Positions 23,801 through 34,996 of a stretch of DNA of 44,896 nt are shown here, in pieces. Origin of the DNA: Spirogloea muscicola (taxonomy: Eukaryota). A program made the position numbers and the translations under genes. Each line of letters starts with the position of its first letter. Within the stretch, counting starts at the first letter, position 1. The DNA is taken from the NCBI GenBank assembly GCA_009602725.1, contig WELB01000024.1, positions 636,342 to 681,237 of the forward strand, given 5' to 3'. Below the pieces are notes generated by a model that worked only from the letters and a program-made list of their open reading frames with translations, had not been told where the DNA came from and searched no databases.

Positions 23801-25777
23801 TCGGCCTCCTTCTTGACCGCCTTAAGAGCCTGGTCCTTGGCCACCAAGGCCCGGCGAAGGTCCACAAGCTCTACCTCCAGCCGGCCCAGTGTACCTGTGC
23901 CATGGGCAATGGCGTCGCCTTGGCCGCCACTACCCATGCTCTGCAAACTGCCCACAACTGCTTGGTACTGTTGCCGAATGGCATCCGCTTCATCCTGCAG
24001 CTGCCGGCCCGCCTGCTCCCGCTCCTCCAGCGTCTCCGCCTTGGCTGCCAGCTCTGCCCGTAGGCGAGCTTTCTCAGCCTCCATCTCACTCCAGCGCTGC
24101 GTTGCCGCCTCCATCTGCCGCTTGAGCTCGCCCATAGCGGCCTGCGTCTCCTTACGCTCCACCTCCCATGCCATCCTCAGCTGCAAGAAGGGCAGAGGCA
24201 GGCAGGACGGCGACAGCCTTGAGACATCCGAGTGTGGGTCAAAGTCTTCTGCAATTGAGTCGTCCAGCTGCTGGACGACTGCTGAGCGCTGCCAGAAACA
24301 GACTAACCATACTGTGGAGGTCCGAAGGCCACCTTGGGGGCCCTTTTACCTGAGCGACGCTTTCCTCCTCAGGTGACTTGCCAGCGAAGCCGATTGCCCT
24401 GGCGAGCCGCAGTGAGAACGATGACCCAGTGGAGGCCGTGCGGTAGGGGGGCGGGCTGGCGCCCGTGGGGGTGCCAATGGGGCTGAAGAAGTCGTCCGCG
24501 TCGTCCTCGTCGCCACCTCCATCTGGGTCCCACACTGTCGATGACAATCGCATGGCGGTTGCAACATATACAGGATGGCTGTGTTCCTTAGGCAGCAGCA
24601 GCCCGTCAACCGGGCTGCCAGCTGCCTCCCTCAGTCCACCGGCTTCAGGCTCGGACTTGAAGCCCCCTCCATTGGGGACTAGCATGGGGGTCTTGGCGAC
24701 CTCAGAGTCCAGCTCAAGAGCAAAGGGTCTAAATTGCAAATCTACTCCAGCATCTGCAGGCTTGGACTCTGGCTGCAAGTCGTTAGCACTGCCGTCAAGA
24801 TGCAGCTCATCTGGAGGATGCCAGGGTCCATCTATAGGCGGCAGGTTCGGATGACCCTCTTCAGCCACCGCAGCCTGCTGCATGTCCAACAGCGGCGTGC
24901 ACAACAGGACTGCTTGATCGCCAACTGACACGAGCAGCTCGCCTCCCCCTGCGCCAACCTGCTGCGGCATCTCAGGCTGCCGCTCAGGTGCATCGAGTGA
25001 GACCCCCTCCGCAGCGGATCCGTTAGAAAAAGCAGAAGCGTCAGCCGGCTCTTCGCAAAGGGCCACTTGCTGGTCAGCCTCGATCGCAGCCTCGTCGGCA
25101 GCAGTGCCATCCGAGGCCGGGGCGCCAGCTCCAGCCTGTGCTCCAAGGACCTGCTGCTCGGCCGCCTCCTCGGTGGGCGCCGCCTGCGGCAAGTCGTCCA
25201 GGCTCCGGCTCGTCGCAGCCGTCTCCTCATCAGCAGTCAATGCTGCCTCGCCACTGACAGGCGAGTCGTCCGATGGCGGCACACTGAGGTCGGCGACGTC
25301 CAGGGCCACGGATTGCAGTCCATTGCCGGCCGCCACCTCCTGGGGTGCCGCCGCTGGCCCTGGCTCCTCCTCAGGGGGTGCAGCAGAGGCCCCGACGGCG
25401 CCAGGCACCGGCTCTTCCTCGGCTGCGGCGGCAGCCACGGCCTTGGGCGGCGCCGCGCCGTCCTGGCCGCCGGCTCGGCCGGAGGAGCCCGCCTTCTTCT
25501 TCCGGAAAGCCTCGAGCTGGACAACCGTAGCACGCAGCGTAAGGTGTCGCTCGCGGGCTGCGCCGTATCGCTGGCGCAATGGAAACCGAGGCAGGAGCTC
25601 AGGTGGCTCATGACGCGCTCAGCCAGCAGCGGCGACGCGGCGACGCCCGGCTCTCGCGGCGCCGTCGGCGGCCGCAGACCGCGGCTGGCACGGGATTGCC
25701 AGTCCCGGAGACGCCCGGAGGCGGCAGCTCACCCGCTTCTTGCCGGCCGCTCGCAGGTCCTCCTTGCCCTTGGTCAT
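14897..25777 (-). CDS. Giant (~2800 aa) golgin-like coiled-coil tether with C-terminal TM anchor, TNO1/At4g31570-like
   Basis: Twelve exons with consistent phases: 25733-25777, 24350-25516, 21427-24180, 20779-21216, 19997-20437, 19244-19678, 16945-18991, 16245-16744, 15831-16073, 15491-15629, 15264-15348, 14897-15011. N-terminus is DLRAAGKKR|LEAFRKKK, with three REKL..A..KG motifs. C-terminus is DDEDEVRGFKLV...LPGFLRPPVNGIDKLCLSAGRYLMGHPAARLALTFYWLALHALLAAML, matching the family tail (DDKAHGFKSL...RLG..LYWA.LHALL). Confidence 0.88.
19244..21860 (-). repeat. Four tandem ~146-codon coiled-coil repeats, three of them as separate phase-0 exons
   Basis: The end of exon 3 and exons 4, 5 and 6 share the pattern LA.R....L...L..Q......AAQ.EL......EL...L.......AL.EQL....A..EASL..E..E...L.....ELQS.C..LE..........KE. 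Each copy ends in Q|GT. Confidence 0.9.
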
Positions 25778-26402
25778 CGCGCTCCGCGCCGCCCGCGCCG
25801 GGGCCGCCGGCGCGCACGGNNNNNNNNNNNNNNNNNNNNNNNNNNNNNNNNNNNNNNNNNNNNNNNNNNNNNNNNNNNNNNNNNNNNNNNNNNNNNNNNN
25901 NNNNNNNNNNNNNNNNNNNNNNNNNNNNNNNNNNNNNNNNNNNNNNNNNNNNNNNNNNNNNNNNNNNNNNNNNNNNNNNNNNNNNNNNNNNNNNNNNNNN
26001 NNNNNNNNNNNNNNNNNNNNNNNNNNNNNNNNNNNNNNNNNNNNNNNNNNNNNNNNNNNNNNNNNNNNNNNNNNNNNNNNNNNNNNNNNNNNNNNNNNNN
26101 NNNNNNNNNNNNNNNNNNNNNNNNNNNNNNNNNNNNNNNNNNNNNNNNNNNNNNNNNNNNNNNNNNNNNNNNNNNNNNNNNNNNNNNNNNNNNNNNNNNN
26201 NNNNNNNNNNNNNNNNNNNNNNNNNNNNNNNNNNNNNNNNNNNNNNNNNNNNNNNNNNNNNNNNNNNNNNNNNNNNNNNNNNNNNNNNNNNNNNNNNNNN
26301 NNNNNNNNNNNNNNNNNNNNNNNNNNNNNNNNNNNNNNNNNNNNNNNNNNNNNNNNNNNNNNNNNNNNNNNNNNNNNNNNNNNNNNNNNNNNNNNNNNNN
26401 NN

Positions 26403-27356
26403 GCTGGCCGTGGCCGGCGCGCTGGCGGGCCAGGCCGCGCTGCCGCGCCTCCTGCGCCTCGCCCGCCGGCGCCTGGTGGGGCCCCACCCTTCCGGCGGCC
26501 ATGGATGTTGCGCAGCGTCTCCACTTACTCCCCGGCCTTGAGAGCCGCTGACACGACCCAGCCTTCCCGCCCTCCTCTCGTTGCGTACGTCGTTCTGAGC
26601 TCCCGCCTTCCGCGCAGAAGCCGCGGCGGTGCAAGGAGTGCCTGGGCGTTGGCAACAATGTATCCTTCGCCTGCGTGGGGCCTGTTGCAAGCAGCGCCTA
26701 GAGCAAGTCGACCTGAAACATTCGTGAACAGGACTTGGGCTCCATACGCAGGCGTTTACAACACACGAATCGTTTCCTGGCTCCTGCGTCGGGCAGTCTG
26801 TGCCTGCCAAGCCGCTGCTTGAAAATAAGCACAATACTGCAAACACCTCCCCCCCCCCCAATGGGTGCTGTCATGCCAAACGGCATGTCAAACTCAACAT
26901 TGGCAGCGCTTCAGCATGCTCGGTCCTGCCAGGCAGCTAGACGTCCTTGACGGAGATTTGTCTCCCCAGTTATGCATCAGGTGCAAAGGGCAAGGAAGGT
27001 GTGTATTTGCCATGTTCCAAAATTGGCCGCCAGCATGACCGCACTGCCAGAGCTGCTCACCTGGGGGCAGCCTCTGCCAACTTGCAGCTGCAGTTGCTAC
27101 ACCACTTCCTCGCTCTGGTGCGGCCCATATTGACGTATCTATAATTCAACCCCCCAACCCTCGGGCGCCTCTTACTCGCCTTTGTACTCCTGCATTCACT
27201 GCAGGCGGCCTCTTCACAGGCACCATGTTGGCCAAGTGCGCTGTGTGTGGGGGTTGCGGGCGGCAGCTCTGCCCCCGCTGTGACGGCGCTGGGCTTGAGA
27301 ACTCGTGGCTTTACCAACCCGTGAAAGACGGCGGCTGGGGCCCCCGAGGGCAGTGA
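26403..27356 (+). CDS. DnaJ-like zinc-finger (4x CxxCxGxG) protein, probably membrane-anchored; 5' end lies in the assembly gap
   Basis: Exons: gap to 26475 (LAVAGALAGQAALPRLLRLARRRL), 26618-26659 (KPRRCKECLGVGNN), 26970 to about 26998 (LCIRCKGQGR), 27205-27356 (GLFTGTMLAKCAVCGGCGRQLCPRCDGAGLENSWLYQPVKDGGWGPRGQ*). The exon 3/4 junction phase is unresolved. Confidence 0.8.
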
Positions 27357-27840
27357 GCCGCTTGCACAGCAGAACTTGATGCTGCTGAGCGGACGGCGCT
27401 TAGCTATCTACCACTGCACACATTTTGGCGTCCACAGGTCACCAATATTTCTGGTGGTGCCCGTACTGAGCTCACGTGTTGCTGGTAAATTGGTGGTTGA
27501 CAATCAGGTTGTCTCTGCAAAGAAGGGGAGGACACCTATTGAAAAGAGGGCCTACACAACAACAGGAGAGGTCATTACTTCAAGCCCAACCCGAATACTA
27601 TCCTGAAGGATAATGTGTGCAACAGCACGTGTAGTTCTGTGCCAGTTTTGGCGTCATACAATGTGGTGTGTGCTGAAAACATACAGAAGTCTATGGAACA
27701 TCCCATATAGCCTGGGACTGTCACTTCTGCCACAACCTACTAGCATCCGCCGCTGGCCTAGCTGTCACCTGCCAACACTCGACAAGGTAGGTCACATGCA
27801 TTTAAGCGGGCTTTCAATATTGTGGCCCGAAAACAACTTC

Positions 27841-27893
27841 GGAGGTGGTGGTGGAGGAGGTGGCGTGGTGGATCGCGGTGGTGGAGGAGGTGG
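27841..27893. repeat. GGW (GGT/GGA) low-complexity repeat
   Basis: The sequence ggaggtggtggtggaggaggtggc...ggtggtggaggaggtggc is read directly. Confidence 0.7.
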
Positions 27894-28154
27894 CTGGTAA
27901 GAATGTAGGGAGAAGGCGTGCGGTGCGCATAAAATGTAAGGTTTGGCCAAATTAAGCCAGTAGACTGTCCAGACAAAAGGTTGGGGCTACATGTATTGAA
28001 GCAATATGCTAAGGTGGTTAAAGAAAAGTGTGACGTTAGTACAAGTGAGCACATACAGATCCGACAGACTAACTTGGGGAGCCGGAGCACCGCCACGGAA
28101 GCCGATGGCCTGACTTAGAGCACACCCAGCACGCTGATGAAGCGCCAGAGCGAA

Positions 28155-28212
28155 AGCGGCTGCTGATAGCCAGGGGCGGCTGTGAAAGCCAGCCGAGCGC
28201 ATAGGGAGAGAC
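28155..28212 (-). repeat. Short dispersed repeat, with a second copy at about 40355-40412 (+)
   Basis: The core CTCGGCTGGCTTTC(A/C)CAGCCGCCC is 23/24 identical between 28174-28197 (reverse complement) and 40369-40392. The flanking TATGC and TCAGCAGCCGC are also shared. Confidence 0.65.
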
Positions 28213-29502
28213 GGAAGAAGTTCTTTCAGGGGTGGGGTTGCTCTGGGCTGCGAAGAAACAGCTCTACCAATGTAAGTCAACGGCTGTGATACTCCAGCCT
28301 GAAAGGTATGGACTAGATTCAGAGGGGCCAGAAAGCACAGAGCAGGCAGCTGCGGAAGGGGCTACAGTAAACGGGTGCTCAATAATCCCTAGTATGGCTC
28401 GAGTCGGAGTAATCAGCAGTCGGAGAAGAGTCTCCTTGCCAAAATGTCGGAGTGTAATTACTGGAAAAGCGTTGCCACGCTGAAGCCCAGAAAGAACAGC
28501 GGCCAGCCCGCAAATGCACGGCAAATGCCTAATTGCCGGAGTGAAATGTGGAAGGATATTAGATACAGAAGGAATCTGAAGTGCATCTACTCAGTGCGGC
28601 GCGGCAGGCTGGACCCTCAGGGTCCTCTCAGTGCCCCCACACTAGCTTTAAGACTCAGATGAGGGTATGGCGGTAGTGGCAGCGGCGGTGATGTACGGAG
28701 GATGCTGTTGCGGTGGTAGTAGTGGCGGTTCATCTGCCTGCACCTGGCTGGCTATTACGAAAGGAAGAGCTCGCCCATAGAGAAGAGGGGCTGGCAAAGC
28801 CAACCCAAAAATTTACAGCCACTCTTTGTATATCAGCAGCTGCATCATTTCTATTAGGGGCATTTGGTGGCCAGCCCGAACAATATCCAAATACACATAT
28901 TCCCGGATTGGGCGAGAACTGCAGTGCCCCGCCATGCACACGGCCGTGCCCGCCGTGGCCGTCGCCCCCCACGCCGAGCCGAGGCGGCCCGTCCCGCGGC
29001 CGCCGCGCCGCGCATGGCGCCTCGGCGACCCTCGCTCAAGGGCTTTCCTTTCGGGCCCTTTGGCCTACCATTGCTTCAATATACGCAAGCCTCGCCCGCA
29101 GCCCGCCATCAAGTCCGGCACTCCCACCCGCCCTTCCGCCTGCCCGCGGCTGCCTGCCGCTGCCTCAGGCAAGGCTCCCCATCCCTTCCCCCTGCCGACC
29201 CTTGACGCAGCTACAAGCGTCTACGTCTTCCTTTGTCCTGGCGCTTGCTCGATGTCGTCTCACCGTTCGACCAGCCGCGTAGCTCCTGTTAGACAGGCAG
29301 TGCTGGCCATCTGTGGAAGAAGGAGGTTCCGCAACCGTCGCGTCTGCATGGCATCTGGCACACGCCTGCCTCTACTGACCTCAGCGAGTCGTTTCTCAAG
29401 CTTCCGCTGTGCACCTGCCTCGCCTCGTCTGCGCAGCAGCTTGAGCCGGCGTGTGGTGGAGTCGAGCCACGTCCCGCGACCAGCAGCTCGGCCGTCAAGT
29501 GC

Positions 29503-30915
29503 ATGCCTCACAAGCGCATTTTCACCTGGCCGCTTCGTCAACGTCAGACCGTCAGGACGGTCGAGTTGCTCGTCGAGGGCAGCATGGAGGACCCCAAGCG
29601 GGACATTGTGCACGTCGTGCGAGGCCTCGTGCAGCAGCCCACGTTGGGGAGGCAGGCACAGTACATCCGCCGCTACTTCGCTCCGGATGTCAAGTTCTTC
29701 CACTTCTTCATTGACATTGCTGAGGGCGCCGATGATCTGACTGCAATCTATCACTTCGGAGAGCTTTTCTTCCGCTACCAGGCCGTGGAGTTTCACAAGG
29801 TGAAGTCACCTCTGCAGCAGCAGCTGTGCTTACCAATATCCCCTGCAGCACTAGCTTGAAGCAAGTCGAAAGTTCCTTTCCGTGCAGGGCCGGGCTTGTG
29901 CTCAACTGTGGACACTATCAGATTATTATTACCTGCCAGCGGCAAGGAATGACAGCGAATGATACACAGCAAGTTTGATAAGCAAGTTTGTACGACATGC
30001 CTCCATGCAGTGGACTCTAAAGTGATGCTTTATTAGCCGCTTTTAGAATGAGCTCGGTACTCCAACTCAGTTCCCCTTCAATTGTCTGTCAGATTGTCTA
30101 CGACAGCGAGGAGGACACCATGGTCTGCCATGTTACAGTGTACATGTAACCATTGACGCTCTTTGGTGGGGAGGTGGGCGTCGACTTCCTTGTCCTTCTG
30201 GACCTTGAGGACTACTTACCAAAGCAGGTAGGTGCGACTGAGAGGCCTCCGACCAGAAGAGCCCTGCACTTGACCAAATAAAAACTACAGGCTACATGAG
30301 TGACCAGCGTGTTACGTACTTTCAGTAAAACGCAACGTATTCCTCACATTCTCAAGGAGGCAGCTTCAGAAGACGGGCCCAAGACCTCGACAGCAACTTG
30401 AGGGGCCAGTCATGTTGCTTTGTCATTCCCCAGCACGTTGTTATTGACGACGACCTGCCTCTGCAGGCAGACAGTGATGGCAAGAGGAAGCCACTGAAGA
30501 GGATCAAAGTACAGCGGGACTTCTTCGAGAAGAATCCACTTCTTCTTCTGATGCCAGTGATTGGTCAGATATCTGGGTCACATTATCTCCGAGCCATTGC
30601 TGGCAGACTACAGGTAGGCTTTTCTAACATGAGCTTGACATCTTCATGACCGAATCTATGATGCATCAACAACTGTGAGTCATAACTAAAATGTGTAGGG
30701 GACAATGTAGACAAGCCTGTGTTGACGTCATCCATTAAAATATCAGTTGTATCCTCATCTTGCATTAGAAGAGTCTCTTGAGGCTAGGACGCTGCTGAAT
30801 ATTCATGCCGTAACATATTGCAATTTTGCAGGCTGTAACATTCATCATTATTCGTGCTTGCACATGCTTGATCTTTCCTCAAGCTTGGAAGGCCGGATTT
30901 TGTGGAATCTGCTAG
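29503..30915 (+). pseudogene. NTF2/SnoaL-like fold protein (resembles the fungal SigF-like NTF2 family) with an in-frame stop
   Basis: Exons 29503 (or 29584)-29799, 30093-30227, 30467-30613 and probably 30832-30915, all phase 0. Translation: MEDPKRDIVHVVRGLVQQPTLGRQAQYIRRYFAPDVKFFHFF...IVYDSEEDTMVCHVTVYM*PLTLFGGEVGVDFLVLLDLED...KRIKVQRDFF. TAA is at 30147-30149. Confidence 0.65.
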
Positions 30916-32002
30916 GCTGCAGGATTTGAGAATCATGCAAAAATCTTGACAACATATATCACTCTTTGTGACGTAGCCTTAGCCTTAATGCTTTTCAACA
31001 GCCAACAAGAAGGTGCCCACTAAAATTTTGAAGGTCCGAATACGAGCACTACTTCATAGATCCTGCTTGTCATGCGGCACCATGATTGCAAGTAGCCTGC
31101 TCTGCCTCTGACAGTTGCAGCTGCTCACTGCCGGCTGCCACTCGTCTAGATGCCCAGTGGCTCTGCTGTAAATTAAGGCATGTTGCACTCGTTAGCCGTT
31201 GTTGAAGCCCACTTTTGACAGGATGGCTAGGAAAGGAGCAAGGCTGCATAGACCTGAATGAGAACTACGGCTGTAATACACCCCAAGACGTATGGGCTTC
31301 ACAATTTACAATACTTTAGGAGCAGCCCATCGTCAGGATAAGCCCATATTGCATAAGCTGATTTTCACGTCTGTTTCACGTCTGTTTTGCTAGTCTTACT
31401 CGGAACCTCTCATATAGTCTACATGCCACTGCAAGCAGTAGGCAGTGAAAGAGCTCAAGAGCTCAAAATCACAGCATTGTGCATTGGACAATGATATCAG
31501 GGAACATGCACATGCAGCGATCTCAAGCAGAGTGCTACTACCGTTCGAGCTTAAGTGATCATTTCCTTTGCTGGACTGCTTTACCAGCTTTGGCCCTGGC
31601 CCAGCGAGTGCACACTGATGGTCTTCTCAGCGCTTTCCCACCCCCAAAGCGCCCCCCCCCCCCACCCCCCCCCTGGTATGTTGGCAGCCTCGGCGTCTGC
31701 CCCAGAGCCACATGCACAGTGCCCTCAAGCCTTGCCAATACTCGAGGGCAAGGGCTTGGACAAAAACCAGCTTGCTCGGCAAAGTGGCTTGGGGAGGGCT
31801 ACACCGAAGGGCTCCTCCCTTGTTACCTCCATGCAGAGGAGGAGCTCTGCATGTCATGCATGTACAGCCAGAAGGTGCATGTGGTGAGATGCTTGTGCAC
31901 ATTGTCCAACGGACTCTACACAGTGGACTAGCTACCTCCGCAAGCAAGGGTGATTGTGACCAGCCTAGAGGGGCTAACTATGGTGTCCTGGCCGACTGCC
32001 CC

Positions 32003-34685
32003 TTATAAGTCTGCTTCACCCGTGAAGCTGCTAAAGCCCTTGACAACGTAGCGTCTCGTGCTCGCCCCGAAGTGGAAAAAGATCTTCTCCGAAATGGGCA
32101 CCACCTCCCCTTTTCTGAGTTGCCTATCTCCGACAAAGGTCCCACAAGCGGACCCTAGGTCCACCAGCCTCACGTCGTGGCTCTTCCTTACCTCCAGCTT
32201 TGCATGCTGCGACAGAAAGCAAGATATGATCAGGACATATAAACAATGCAGGTACTCTATGTCTGCTGACATAACACGCACCTCTGTAACAAATAGGGTT
32301 GTCAGAAAGAAACAGTGCAAACCTATTTTAGCTCAGTCAAGTGTGCTTCAATGTGCGATCAGTTGCGTAATGCTAGCATACCTGTCGGGAGATGGAGGCG
32401 TGACCCAGGATAATGTCGCATGTGGGCAGCCGGCCAATAACGAACGTGCTCTTCCCTTTCAGCGGCAGCGCTTCTATGCACTTTCCTTCCTGACAGCAAG
32501 AGCCAATGGCAGGTGAGGAGGATCCAATTCAACGACAAGATAATATCTAAGCAGATAGGAGAACTGAGAGCTTGGACACACTCCAAGTTGATTGAGCCTA
32601 GTCAACAACTGAAAGTCGTATAAGCCACTCGTTAGCCCAATAATAAAGGGGGCAGAAAGAGAAAGCCACCTTTAGCACGTCCAGGTGCAAGTCAGGGTCA
32701 CTGCTGCTGCTGGACAGCACCCGCGAAGTCGTGTGGCCCTCTTTGACAGGCTGACTGCCACCAGGCAGCCGAGACGTGCTCACGTTCTCCCTCGGACTCG
32801 GACTGCCGCCGTCTGCCACACCGAGGTGGTCTTGGTCACCCCCAGCGATGGCTGGCTGCAGCTGCTCCTGGAGCTTCTGCAGCGAGCACAAGAAGCCAAG
32901 GTTCGGCATCACCTTGCTCCTCACCTTTTTCAAGAACCTGCAGACAGACGTACGCATGATGCTGCACGTCAGCTTCGTAGATTTTCAGCATGTTGCTCAC
33001 AAAGAGTGCTCTCCTTGATCTTGGCTGCTCACTCAATGGCTTCGTCCGCCGTCCAATTCTGCAATTTCATCAGGTACGCCGCACATAGAGTAGCAGAGCG
33101 GCTTGCGCCTGCGCCGCAGTGCACCAGCACGCGGCCGCCCTCCCGCCGGCTTCGCTCGATGAACTGGAATGCAGGCTCAAAATGTGCAGCAATGTCCGCA
33201 TCGTGCTCATCTGCAAAGCAGCAGGCCCAGTCTCATATCAGGTGACAGTCAACCCCGAGAAGAATTGCAACAATATGGAGAAGTAAAGCACACATTGCAT
33301 GACAAGGACTTGCCCTCAAGCTGGACAACCAGTTCACTGCAGACTCGTCCTGCTATTGGAATGCCTGGTAATAGTACCTGAGAGGTCGCAGTGGAGCTGT
33401 TCAAAGCTGCCCTTGAGCGCGAGCTGCTCTGTGTGGATGGTCAGGATCTTGGTGATGCCCAAGTCCCGCAGCCGCTCTTCAGCAGCCGCATGCTGCCAGT
33501 CGCCCAGATACAGGAACTCCGGCACCACCTGCACGCAGCAGAAGCACTCATTAAGGACACCCGCCCAGTTGCAGTGTGAGAGGCCTGCCGCTGCCACTGG
33601 CGGTAAGCTGCACCATCTTGCAAGTTGGCAATTCAGCACGGCCAAGCTTTGGCAGTGGTGCTCAATCAAAGTGGATAAGTTTCTAGCACGCCTGATTGAT
33701 AGAGGACTGCCTCTCCACCCTGCCTCCCACCCTCCATCCCCTCCTCCTCAAATGGGTGACAAATTTGATTACCTCGGCAGGATAGCGTGGGATGCTGGCG
33801 CCCTTGGTGTGTGTAGTGACGAGTGATGGGTAAGCACTCTGGAACGCCTGAAACGGCTCGCGGGCCTCGTCTACCTCGCCTGCAGCGGCCACCATTACCC
33901 CACCAAATCAGTCTTTCCCCCCCAATTGGCAGTGGTGCAGGGGCTGGACATGCCGCCCCCGCAACAAGCGACGGCTGAAGTCTCTGGCTGCGCTGCCTCC
34001 ATGCCCGGACAGTACCCTCCAAAGAGGCGAGGACGCTGACGCTGCGGGCGAGGCCTTCGCGGACAAGGAAGGCGACGACGGGGTCGGCTTCCGCCGCCGC
34101 CCGCTGGGCGTCCTCCAGCCGCGGCCGCTTGGGCTTCTTCTGCTGCCTGCCAGAGGCGACAAAGACAAGAATGGAGTGTGTAGTGAGTGATGGAGGGCCT
34201 GAGTTGCCAAGTACAAAGGCAAGCACGTTCCTTTGACAGTGGCAGTGACTGTCCAGGACGCCGCTGAGGGCCTCAACGACGGCGGAGCCCATCTCCGCTG
34301 AGCTCTGGGTGGCCTAGTAGCACACCCACCTGCCGAGCTCCGACGGCGCCGCGAGGAGGACGAGGACGTTCAGGTCCCACCAGCAGTTGCGGGACCAGTA
34401 CGGCGGCCCGACGCCGCAGAGCTCCTGCAGGGCGCCGCCGCCGGGCGCCAGCGCCACGCACACCGCCCGCCGTATGTGTCCCTTGCGGAATGCTGCCTGC
34501 CAGAGGCACCCCCCGGAGACGGTCAGGGCCGGACCTCGTCTCCACAATTCACGTCTGGCTAGCGCCTCAGAAGGGGGCCGGAAAGGTGGGGGCTAAACCT
34601 TGGGTCGCGTGTCCAGCACGAGCAAGCGTGGGTCCTCCTGCAACAGGTTGAAGGCTTGCGACGGCGCCACCAGAGCGACCTTCAT
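32003..34685 (-). CDS. Dual-specificity (MAPK-phosphatase-like) protein phosphatase with N-terminal rhodanese and C-terminal FHA domains
   Basis: Nine exons (34599-34685, 34330-34496, 34016-34146, 33773-33879, 33378-33528, 33033-33210, 32670-32937, 32382-32489, 32003-32206) total 1401 nt (466 aa) with consistent phases. Rhodanese: LLVLDTRPKAAFRKGHIRRAV. DSP: YPAEVVPEFLYLG...VLVHCGAGASRSATLCAAYLM...R..VMPNLGF. FHA: FVIGRLPTCDIILGHASISRQHA...DLGSACGTFV...FGASTRRY. Confidence 0.93.
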
Positions 34686-34996
34686 TCCCCTGCCGCCGCC
34701 GCTGCCGCCGGCGCTGCCGGGCTGTCACCGCCTGCGCCGCCACGGCGCAGCCGGTCCGCGGCTTCCTCGGCGGGGCCCGCTCGACAGGGAGTAAGACTCT
34801 CTCGGTGGAGGCCGAGGGCTCGAGCTCCCGTACTCGCGCTCGCGGCGCGGCGGCGGGGCGCGAGGAGCGGAGGCGCTCGCGCGAGGTGGGCGCGCGCCGA
34901 CATGGGCTGCGCCGGAGGTGGCCGCCATGGCGGTCGGGGCCCGTCCGGATCCACGACCCGATCGTCGGGCCGGCATTCTGTTCGCGTTCCATTCCN

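Noticed and set aside
17022..24376. Many plus-strand Ser/Ala/Cys-rich ORFs
   Set aside because: They are antisense shadows of the Glu/Ala/Leu-rich coiled-coil exons.
25067..26861. Long ORFs spanning the N run (also 40216-41916)
   Set aside because: Their length comes from stop-free N tracts, so they are artefacts.
27436..27520. SPIFLVV...KLVVD, weakly similar to the start of a Ty3 reverse transcriptase
   Set aside because: No downstream RT motifs such as YxDD and no other pol domains.
31555..31887. GKGLDKNQ, a G-patch-like word in an intergenic ORF
   Set aside because: It lacks the remaining G-patch residues and any supporting exon structure.
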